Positions 55,140-64,000 of a stretch of 64,000 nucleotides of DNA are shown here, one piece after another. Each line of letters opens with the position of its first letter. The stretch's first letter is position 1. Under the pieces are notes generated by a model, which saw only the letters and a program-made list of their open reading frames with translations, was not told the DNA's origin and searched no databases. Both the position numbers and the translations under genes were made by a program. This DNA comes from an uncultured Phycisphaerales bacterium (GTDB lineage: Bacteria; Planctomycetota; Phycisphaerae; Tepidisphaerales; Tepidisphaeraceae), in NCBI GenBank assembly GCA_963755915.1, contig CAVWLP010000002.1, forward strand, positions 2,048,001 through 2,112,000, written 5' to 3'.

Positions 55140-55380
55140 TTATAACTCCTGATCCGCGATCATCCTTATCATTGTTTAGACGAAACCGATTTTGCCCGTT
55201 GTATTAGAGCTCGCGTTCCAGATTCCATCAGGCCTCATCAATTGTGCGGCCATGATCCGCAAACAGCATTTGATCAGGCCCTGACCCCCCTGACTCCGGA
55301 AATTGCCTAAATACAAGCCCATGCGTAGTAAAACTGGTTGCACGACCGACAGACAAACAATAGCATGCTCGCCCATCGGA

Positions 55381-55420
55381 CCAATTCGATTTTGCGCAAT
55401 TGTTTATGGGTTTCGCGCAA
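55381..55420 (-). promoter_or_regulatory. direct-repeat operator site 2, oriented toward GH4
   Basis: Minus strand ttgcgcgaaacccataaacaattgcgcaaaatcgaattgg. Confidence 0.75.
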
Positions 55421-55473
55421 TGGCGAATCCGGGTCACACGGGCGCCTCAAATTGCTGGCGCGGAGAGTAGCGC

Positions 55474-56660
55474 ATGTCGCTGGTACGGAATGTTGCGTTG
55501 CTTATCGAGACCTCCCGTTCTTACGGCCGAAAAATGCTCGGCGGCATTGCCAATTATGCGCGCGCACGGCCGCTGGGCCTTCCATCTTGTTCCCGGCGAC
55601 CTCGTTCAAACTTTGCCTCCGCGCCACGTATGGGATGGTGACGGCATTATCGCCCGTGTCGAGACCGCCGCGCTGTTGCGGCAACTTGCACGCCGAAATC
55701 TGCCCACGGTCGTCCTCAACCGACGCTTCGCCAGCGACAAATTCCCCGGCGTTGGCGGCAACCAGCACATCTCTTGCCGCATGATCGCCGAGCATTTTTT
55801 AACCCGCGGGTTCAGACGTCTGGCTTACTGCGGAATGGCAAATGTTGATTATTGTGTATCCCGAGAGCAGCAGTTCCGCGAATTCCTGAATCAAAACGGG
55901 ATCGAGCCCGAGGTGTTCTGGTACGCACACGAGGATAAGCAGAGTTTTCGTGAACAGGTGCGTTTAGTGGAATGGCTCAAACGGCTCGCCAAACCCTTGG
56001 GTTTATTTGCGTGCGACGATCTGCAGGCGCCGGGTAATCGACGCCTGCAACGCCGGTGATGTCGCTGTGCCGGAGGAAATCGCGGTCGTAGGCTTTGACA
56101 ACGATGAGCCGCTTTGCGAGCTGGCTGAGCCCCCGCTGTCGAGCATGGCCAGCAATTCGGCCCGGATCGGCTATGAGGCCGCGGCGCTGCTCGATCGCCT
56201 CATGAGCGGCAAATCGGTAAGGGAGCCCTGGCTCGAGGTCGATCCGCTCGGCGTCGTCACCCGCAAAAGCTCGGACCGCTGGGCTATCGAAGATCCCGAC
56301 GTGGCCGCCGCCGTTCGCTACATTCGTGAAAATGCATCTAATCCTATTGGTGTCAGCGATATCGTCTCAGCGCTGTCCCTGTCCCGCCGGTCTCTGGAAC
56401 TGCGCTTCAAGCGAGCACTGCGGCGATCTCCGCTGGATGAAATCAATTCCGTTCGCGTCGAGAGAGCCAAGGAACTCTTAATTAAAAGCGACTTTAAACT
56501 GAGTCGCATTGCCCTGGCCTGTGGATTTCACTCAGTGATCCACTTTCATACGGTATTCCGACGGCATGCTGAAATGACGCCGCTGGCATACCGTCATCGC
56601 ACACGCGGCACGGCCCCATCGCGCCACGCCCGATCCGCGTCGCCTCGAACGATTGCCTGA
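55474..56660 (+). CDS. XylR-family regulator (LacI-type ligand domain + AraC HTH), apparent frameshifts near 55560 and 56028
   Basis: VALLIETSRSYGR..L.GI, DGIIAR, VPEEIAVVG.DN...CEL..PPLSS, SRRSLE.RF, IALACGF. Confidence 0.9.
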
Positions 56661-56755
56661 AGCCAGGTGCCGGAGCGCTGGAAATACCGTCTGAAACGGC
56701 GATGCCGACTAATCCGTGCGCCCCGCACGATGCCCCGAATCCGCGAACCGCTCTC

Positions 56756-56794
56756 TTGCGCAAAACCTATGTGCAATTGCGCGATATCGAATTG
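56756..56794 (+). promoter_or_regulatory. direct-repeat operator site 3
   Basis: ttgcgcaaaacctatgtgcaattgcgcgatatcgaattg. Confidence 0.75.
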
Positions 56795-56909
56795 TTCCAC
56801 TTCGTTACCGTTGTATTATCTCAGCCGGCGGTGATGGGACGGGCATTTCGGGCCACTTGGAATCGGCGGTCCCTGGTTAGACGGGCGGCCAAGCGCTTGC
56901 GGAGGAATC

Positions 56910-57971
56910 ATGAAGTTGCAAACCACCAAAGAACAAAGCCGCGACGCCGCGAGCCACAGCGACCATCGCCGAAGCCAGGCATCGCGTCACTCGATGGCGG
57001 TTCGATCGGCGTTCACCTTGGTGGAACTCCTGGTGGTGATTGGAATCATCGCCGTCCTGGTTGGCATCCTGCTGCCGGCGCTCACCAAGGCACGCGTGCA
57101 GGCCAAGCGGGCGGTGGACCTTTCATCTCTTCGCCAGCTTTGCGCGGCCACCATCATGTATGCCGGGGAGAATCAGGGCTACCTGCCTGTGGGCCGGCGA
57201 AAATGGTTTAACGGGCAAGGATATACTTCCGATACGGCTTGGCCGCCGGGCGGCGTCTATCCCGACGAATACAGCAGAATGGCCGGTGACGCTTGGGTGC
57301 TTCTGCGCGATCACTACGGATTAGGCAAGGGAACTGAAAATTCAAGCGTCCTTACGTGCTCCAGCATTGCCGATACCCAGACTGCCATTGATAGCTACGT
57401 CAGCAGCAGTGAACCTATGTACCAGGGAGACAGCTATCTCCAGTACCTTCGGAGCTTCCAGTTCAATCCGACAAATCTTACCCCGGCCAGCGTCACAGCG
57501 ACAGCGGCCGATTCCGGCGATCTGGACCTTTCATTCGCCGGATGGACCTACTGGGGAGGGCGCGACAACTTTGGATGGAATCCCACCGGTGGTCCAACCG
57601 ACGTTGGAGACATCACACAGTGGCCGTATCAGGCAAACGCTACGTATAACAGTCCGCATAAGATTGGAGACCGCTGCACGGCGGCAAATCATAGCTCGAC
57701 GACGCTGTGGACGTGTCCCATACGATATGTCTTCACCGCTTCGGGCGAGTCGTTTTCGGTTTTTCCACACGTGTATTCCAACGACACAACGATTACGCCC
57801 GCCGTGACGAGACCACCGCCGCCCGGGCAGACCCCAGTCCCCCCCGCCATTCCCAATGGCATCGGAGTCGGACGCATCGACGGCTCAGCTGAGTTTGTTC
57901 CGTTCAAATCACTGATATCAATCAACGTCGGTGATTCATCATACTTCTACTACTACGCGCCAAATCCGTAA
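56910..57971 (+). CDS. prepilin-type N-terminal cleavage/methylation domain protein (DUF1559-like class)
   Basis: AFTLVELLVVIGIIAVLVGILLPALTKAR..A; C-terminal DGSAE variant of the H-X9-DG motif. Confidence 0.9.
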   Translation: MKLQTTKEQSRDAASHSDHRRSQASRHSMAVRSAFTLVELLVVIGIIAVLVGILLPALTKARVQAKRAVDLSSLRQLCAATIMYAGENQGYLPVGRRKWFNGQGYTSDTAWPPGGVYPDEYSRMAGDAWVLLRDHYGLGKGTENSSVLTCSSIADTQTAIDSYVSSSEPMYQGDSYLQYLRSFQFNPTNLTPASVTATAADSGDLDLSFAGWTYWGGRDNFGWNPTGGPTDVGDITQWPYQANATYNSPHKIGDRCTAANHSSTTLWTCPIRYVFTASGESFSVFPHVYSNDTTITPAVTRPPPPGQTPVPPAIPNGIGVGRIDGSAEFVPFKSLISINVGDSSYFYYYAPNP

Positions 57972-58013
57972 TTTCAGAGCTTTGTGAGGCGGTCTTTTAC
58001 CAGGAGGTTCGAG

Positions 58014-59888
58014 ATGAGCGTTGGAGCTAGGAAACGTCGTGGGTCAATGGCCCTTGCGGTTGCTTCGGGTGTTACGGTCTGGTCCAACTGGGGTTTCGCC
58101 CAGCAGGTCACACCGATTGTCGATCAGACATTTAACGAAGCGGGCTATGCATTCCATGATTTGGCGGCCGGCAGCACTACTTCCGGGGCGTATCTAGCAG
58201 CGCCGGCGGCAAATAGCGAATTGCTCAACTGGTATCAGGGGGGCGGAACGAGCGACCTCAGCTTTCAGACCGATTCGGCGCTCTATTCAGGAAACGCCCT
58301 CGATAACGCCGGCACCAACGACCACACCGTCAGCGGCCAATTTCCAACCCCGGCCGTACTCGGAAACCAGGTTGGCGATGAGGTCACTTTCAGCTTCCAG
58401 TTTGTTATTCCCAACCCCGGTACAGTCAATTCCGGCAACGATTTCCGCTTCGGTATTTTCAACGACAATGGAACCCCCGTCACGGCTCCTTTCAGCTCGG
58501 GATATACCGCCACGAACGACGATTTCGGCTATTCAGGCTATCTCGGAGTTGGGACGAATTTTACGACGGTTTTCTCCGAAACCAACGAGGGATCTGGCAT
58601 CCTGGTTTACGATCAGAACTACGACTATCGGCTCGACAGCACCTCGACGAACGCGCCCGACATAAGCGATGGCTTGGTGCATTCGGTGTTGATGACCATG
58701 ACCAATGCCGGGTCCGGGCAGGTCAACGTTGCTTTGGCCGTTGACGGGACGACACTTTACAGCGGACTTGACACCAACCCAGACCCCACAACGACGTTTA
58801 ACGAGATCGATATCTGGGAGCATAGTCAGACTCTCGATTACCGCATCCTTAATGTTCAGGTGGACGAAGTTTCCCCGTCGGTGAACCTTACCTGGAACAA
58901 CATGGGTGCAAGTGCACCTGACGACGGACAGACCTGGGATACCACGAGCAACAATTGGAACAACGGCTCGATTGTGACGACATACGCGGATGGCGATCAG
59001 GTCACGTTCAGCGACACCAACAACAGCAACTACGCCGTAACGCTGAATACCACCGTTTCGCCTGGCGCCGTGTTCTTCAACAACAGCACCGGCAACTACA
59101 CCATCAGCGGCGCGGGCAAAATCGACACGGCATCTTTGGCGATGTCCGGCGCCGGCACATCGACGATCGGGACGGCACTGACTGCCAGCAGTGTGACCAT
59201 ATCGAGTGGAACGCTGCGTTTGGGAGCCGGTGCGTCAGGCGGCACAGGGCCATCGGCCACGAGCGCAGTCAACATCAGCTCCCTGTCGATCACGGGTAAC
59301 GGCAATCTCGACATCAACAACAATCACGTCATCGTTACCTATGGCTCAAGCGATCCGATCGCCGCGATCGCTGCTTATGTCGCGTCCGGCTACAACGGTG
59401 GGGCTTGGAATGGCCCCGGTATCGTATCCTCGGCCGCCAGGTACCCAACGAATGGCTACCTCTATGGTGTGGGCTTTGCCGATGGAGCTGATAACATAGT
59501 TTCTGGGTTATCGTCCGGCGAGATTGAATTGGCATACACCCTGTTGGGGGACGCCAACCTCGACGGCTCCGTCAACGGCTCCGACTTCTCCATCCTCGCC
59601 GCCAACTTCGGCCTGGGAGTAACCAACTGGGATCAGGGCAACTTCCTATACGGTTCCTCCGTCAACGGCTCCGACTTCAGCGCCTTGGCCGCCAACTTCG
59701 GCCAGGGCGACAGCGGCGGCGCCGTGGCGGTGACCCCCGCCGACGTAGCCGCCCTTGACGCCTTCGCGGCGGCCAATGGACTGTCGTCCCCGACGTTTGC
59801 CAGCGTTCCCGAGCCGGCCTCGGTCGCGCTGTTGACGATCGCCGGCGCAACGATTCTCGGCAGACGCCGACGATCCATGGGGCGATGA
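58014..59888 (+). CDS. PEP-CTERM protein with dockerin-like repeat
   Basis: Signal peptide, GDANLDGSVNGSDFSILAANFG repeat, VPEPAS-TM-RRRR; CAGGAGG RBS. Confidence 0.9.
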   Translation: MSVGARKRRGSMALAVASGVTVWSNWGFAQQVTPIVDQTFNEAGYAFHDLAAGSTTSGAYLAAPAANSELLNWYQGGGTSDLSFQTDSALYSGNALDNAGTNDHTVSGQFPTPAVLGNQVGDEVTFSFQFVIPNPGTVNSGNDFRFGIFNDNGTPVTAPFSSGYTATNDDFGYSGYLGVGTNFTTVFSETNEGSGILVYDQNYDYRLDSTSTNAPDISDGLVHSVLMTMTNAGSGQVNVALAVDGTTLYSGLDTNPDPTTTFNEIDIWEHSQTLDYRILNVQVDEVSPSVNLTWNNMGASAPDDGQTWDTTSNNWNNGSIVTTYADGDQVTFSDTNNSNYAVTLNTTVSPGAVFFNNSTGNYTISGAGKIDTASLAMSGAGTSTIGTALTASSVTISSGTLRLGAGASGGTGPSATSAVNISSLSITGNGNLDINNNHVIVTYGSSDPIAAIAAYVASGYNGGAWNGPGIVSSAARYPTNGYLYGVGFADGADNIVSGLSSGEIELAYTLLGDANLDGSVNGSDFSILAANFGLGVTNWDQGNFLYGSSVNGSDFSALAANFGQGDSGGAVAVTPADVAALDAFAAANGLSSPTFASVPEPASVALLTIAGATILGRRRRSMGR

Positions 59889-59923
59889 TCCGCGGCATCT
59901 ATCAGAGGGCTGCACGCCAAGAT

Positions 59924-59956
59924 GGCCTCGGATGCTGTTCGCCGAGGCCTTTTTAT
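59924..59956 (+). terminator. intrinsic terminator
   Basis: ggcctcgg/ccgaggcc stem followed by TTTTTATT. Confidence 0.7.
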
Positions 59957-59971
59957 TGCCCCTCTTTCGTA

Positions 59972-60010
59972 TTGCGCAAAACGGATGCAGTATTGCGCGA
60001 TATCGAATTG
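59972..60010 (+). promoter_or_regulatory. direct-repeat operator site 4
   Basis: ttgcgcaaaacggatgcagtattgcgcgatatcgaattg. Confidence 0.75.
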
Positions 60011-60101
60011 CCGTGCGGAAAATAGCGGGGTATGAGTGAATCGAGGAAACTTGCGGTGCCTAAGGTTAGTCTCATTAAAAAATCGTAACCCTGGTGAAGC
60101 G

Positions 60102-62042
60102 ATGAGGCAGTCCAAGGCTTTTGGTGTGCGCGGGCCGATTGGGGATGACTCTCATCTGCGCCGCGCGCAATAAGTTTCAGAGGTTCTTCCGCACTGGCGA
60201 TCGCCGCAATGGCCGCTCTTGCCCCCGTCGCCAAGGCACAGAACTGGCAGCTTACCTTTGACGACGAATTCAATGGCAATAATGTCAATACTGCCCTATG
60301 GAGCTACGGGATGCCGTGGGGGAACGACGTTGATCCGAGCGAGGAAGAAGAGGCGTACAACGAAACCGACCCCGGCGTGAACAATGCCAACGTGTCGGAA
60401 TCGGGCGGATATCTCTATCTCACCGCGACCCACACCCCCTACCCCGCGCAACGCGTCGAACAATGACGCGCCCATCACCCAGCCGTACACGTCCGGCGCC
60501 CTGACTACTGTCAACAAATTCACGCAGACCTATGGCATGTTCGAAATGAGCGCCGAGCTGCCGGCCGGCCAGGGTTTGTGGCCGGCATTCTGGCTGTTGA
60601 ACGAAACCCATGGGCCCCCGGAGCTCGACGTCATGGAGAATCTGGGGAACAACCCCAGCGAAATCTACATGACGGATCACTACGATCCGAACAACACCGA
60701 CAATGCTTATGGGCAGTCTTACACTGGTCCGAACTTCTCAACGAGTTTCAATCTTTTCTCGCTGGTTTGGACGCCAACGACCGTAAGCTGGTATGTAAAC
60801 AACAACCTCGAATATTCAGTATCCGATACAACCCAAAATCCAATTGTATCCCCCAACGAGCCAATGAATATTTTGCTCGACCTGGCGGTCGGTGGTCCCG
60901 ATGGCTGGCCCGGCGCTCCCAACGCGCAGACTCAATTCCCTGCCACGATGACCGTCGATTACGTGCGTGCCTATACGGCGGTCGCGGTGGGCGGCACCGT
61001 GAGCTGGGATAGTGCCGGCGGCGATGGCAACGGCACCGCCTGGGACACAACCTCATTCAACTGGAACAACGGGGCTCTCACTCCCACCGTTTACACCGAC
61101 GGAGATCTGGTTACGTTTGATGACACCAACAACGGCGACTACTCCGTGACCCTGAGCAGCACGGTGAGTCCCGGCGATATCACCGTCAACAACAGCGCGG
61201 GGAATTATCTCATCACCGGCTCCGGCACCATCGCCGGCTCCGGCTCCCTGACCAAAACCGGCACCCGCACATTGACGCTCGATACCGTCAACACCTACAG
61301 CGGCGGCACCACCGTCGGCGGTGGGAATCTGATCGTCGGCGTTCACGGCGCTTTGCCCGATGGGACGCTGGCCATCACCGGCGGCACGTTGCAGCTTGGA
61401 ACCAACACCGGCCTCACCCAGGTCACCTCCCTGGCCATCATCAACAGCGGTGTACTGGATGTGACAAACAATGAACTGATTATCACCTACGGCTCCAGCG
61501 ATCCCATGGGGACCATCCAGGGATACCTTGCCTCGGGTTACAACAATGGGACGTGGAACGGCCCAGGCATCATCTCTTCAGCGGCGTACGGCTATAAATA
61601 CGGCCTGGGATATGCCGACGGCGCTGACGGAGTCGTTCCCGGTCTTTCTTCCGGCCAGATCGAAGTGAAGTATACGTTGTATGGCGACGCCAATCTGGAC
61701 GGGGTGGTGAACGGCTCGGACTTCAGCATCCTGGCGGCAAACTTCGGGACGGGGGTGACCAACTGGGACCAGGGGAACTTCCTATTCACCAGTTCGGTGA
61801 ACGGCGCTGACTTCAGCGCGTTGGCGGGAAACTTCGGACAGGGCGCCAATGGCGCGGACGCGTCGGTATCGGCGAGCGATTTGGCAGCGTTGGATGCCTT
61901 CGCCGCCGCCAACGGCATCAGCCTGGCCAATGTTCCCGAACCCGCCAGCACCTCATTGGTGATTGCCGGCCTCGCAGCGGGTCTGGCTAAACGCCACCGT
62001 ACCCGAGCCAATTCATTCGCGCCGCACAACGGCTGCGGATGA
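60102..62042 (+). CDS. GH16 glycoside hydrolase + beta-strand repeat + dockerin-like + PEP-CTERM (apparent frameshifts near 60165 and 60449)
   Basis: WQLTFDDEFNG, YTSG, GLWPAFW, ELDVME catalytic motif, VDYVRAY, LTKTG...NTYSGGT, VPEPAS. Confidence 0.9.
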
Positions 62043-62145
62043 CTTTCGGAGGCGATGTAAGTCGGAAGCAAAGATACTAGTAGGGGTTAACCGCCGGGCT
62101 TAGAGCTGGCCTGACTAATAACATGCAGAGGGCATAGGTGAATCC

Positions 62146-64000
62146 ATGAAGTGCTTGGAAGCGATTCGTGCCGGTGATCCAATCACAAAACTCACGTTTT
62201 TGGGTCAAAGCGTGCGGCGTACCCGAAGGCAATGCTCGGCGCTGGCGATGGCGGCGATGGCCGCGATGACCGGTGTGGCCAAGGCCCAGAACTGGCAAAT
62301 GACCTTCGACGACGAATTCAACGGCAATAACGTCAACACCGCGCTCTGGAGTTACGGGTATCCCTGGGGCAACGATATCGACGCCAACGAAGAACAGATG
62401 GCGTTTAACCTAACCGACCCCGGCGTGAACAATGCCAACGTGTCGGAATCGGGCGGATATCTCTATCTCAGCGCGACCCATACCCCCTATCCTGCGCAAT
62501 ACGGCGAACAATGATGCGCCGATCACAATGCCCTACACGTCTGGTTGTATCACCACCGTCAATAAATTCAGCCAAACCTACGGCATGTTCACGATGAGGG
62601 CCGAACTCCCCGCCGGCCAGGGTCTGCACACGGGCGCGTTCTGGCTCCTCAGTGCCAACGGACCGCCGGAACTCGATATGGCCGAGCAAGCCGGCGGAGA
62701 TCCAACCAGCACGATCATGACGGATCATTACGATCCCAACAATACCGACAATGTTCTTCAAGGGACGTTGAACGGTACGAATCTCACCACGGGATTTCAC
62801 ATTTATACAATGATTTGGACCCCGACGACCGTAAGCTGGTACATCGACAACAATCTCGACTTCTCGGTGTCGGATACTTCCCAAAACCCAATCGCTTCAC
62901 CCGACGAGCCGATGAACATATTGATCAGCCTTCAGGTCGGCACGGCCAATTCATGGGTGGGCGCTCCCAACGCACAGACTCAGTTTCCCGCCACGATGAC
63001 CGTCGACTACATGCGTGCCTATACGGCGGTCGCGGTGGGCGGCACCGTGAGCTGGGATAGTGCCGGCGGCGATGGCAACGGCACCGCCTGGGACACAACC
63101 TCATTCAACTGGAACAACGGGGCTCTCACTCCCACCGTTTACACCGACGGAGATCTGGTTACGTTTGATGACACCAACAACGGCGACTACTCCGTGACCC
63201 TGAGCAGCACGGTGAGTCCCGGCGATATCACCGTCAACAACAGCGCGGGGAATTATCTCATCACCGGCTCCGGCACCATCGCCGGCTCCGGCTCCCTGAC
63301 CAAAACCGGCACCCGCACATTGACGCTCGATACCGTCAACACCTACAGCGGCGGCACCACCGTCGGCGGTGGGAATCTGATCGTCGGCGTTCACGGCGCT
63401 TTGCCCGATGGGACGCTGGCCATCACCGGCGGCACGTTGCAGCTTGGAACCAACACCGGCCTCACCCAGGTCACCTCCCTGGCCATCATCAACAGCGGTG
63501 TACTGGATGTGACAAACAATGAACTGATTATCACCTACGGCTCCAGCGATCCCATGGGGACCATCCAGGGATACCTTGCCTCGGGTTACAACAATGGGAC
63601 GTGGAACGGCCCAGGCATCATCTCTTCAGCGGCGTACGGCTATAAATACGGCCTGGGATATGCCGACGGCGCTGACGGAGTCGTTCCCGGTCTTTCTTCC
63701 GGCCAGATCGAAGTGAAGTATACGTTGTATGGCGACGCCAATCTGGACGGGGTGGTGAACGGCTCGGACTTCAGCATCCTGGCGGCAAACTTCGGGACGG
63801 GGGTGACCAACTGGGACCAGGGGAACTTCCTATTCACCAGTTCGGTGAACGGCGCTGACTTCAGCGCGTTGGCGGGAAACTTCGGACAGGGCGCCAATGG
63901 CGCGGACGCGTCGGTATCGGCGAGCGATTTGGCAGCGTTGGATGCCTTCGCCGCCGCCAACGGCATCAGCCTGGCCAATGTTCCCGAACCCGCCAGCACC
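62146..64000 (+). CDS. second GH16 + beta-strand repeat + dockerin-like + PEP-CTERM paralog (frameshift near 62497; runs off window end)
   Basis: WQMTFDDEFNG, GAFWLL, ELDMAE, VDYMRAY; 3' half matches the preceding gene. Confidence 0.88.

Noticed and set aside
39014-64000. Diversity-generating retroelement (RT plus repeated GH16 genes as template/variable repeats)
   Set aside because: Differences between the paralogs are not adenine-specific, both copies are coding and kilobase-sized, the RT motif is QGNPFSP (group II-like), and no Avd-like gene is visible.
60964-64000. Repeat offset of exactly 2048 bp
   Set aside because: Equals gene length plus intergenic spacer; the round binary number has no evident biological meaning.
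38755-64000. attR duplicate of the tRNA-Asp 3' end
   Set aside because: Not noticed within the window; the right boundary of the island cannot be placed.
58014-64000. Cellulosome inferred from dockerin-like repeats
   Set aside because: No cohesin or scaffoldin visible, and each protein carries its own PEP-CTERM anchor.

Overview
High-GC bacterial DNA, most likely Planctomycetota (Phycisphaerae/Tepidisphaerales-like; inferred from PEP-CTERM/dockerin-like proteins, a prepilin-type protein and a planctomycete-style integrase N-terminus). Many conserved genes are split by 1-2 nt indels, consistent with an unpolished long-read assembly. 1-38.7 kb is core-like chromosome with a strongly C-rich + strand: lptF/G-like, comF, kdsB-pyrG, a RelE-type toxin-antitoxin pair, dapF, mrp, YyaL-like, pepA, cyclophilin, SRP RNA, two PEP-CTERM genes, exostosin-like glycosyltransferase, sigma-54 activator, nadK, a partner-switching set, TPP riboswitch-thiC, a REP-flanked Y1 (RAYT-like) transposase, an RNase HII-like gene and several intergenic repeat families. 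After tRNA-Asp (38681-38754) the composition changes and an island begins: integrase fragment joined to a group II-like YIDD reverse transcriptase and an IS66-like fragment, two PhyH/AraC modules, two TPR-GT41 genes, and a carbohydrate-utilisation locus (SSS transporter, acetylesterase, epimerase, GH4, XylR, prepilin-type protein, three PEP-CTERM proteins, two with GH16). Four copies of a 21-bp-period direct-repeat operator tie that locus into an apparent regulon.
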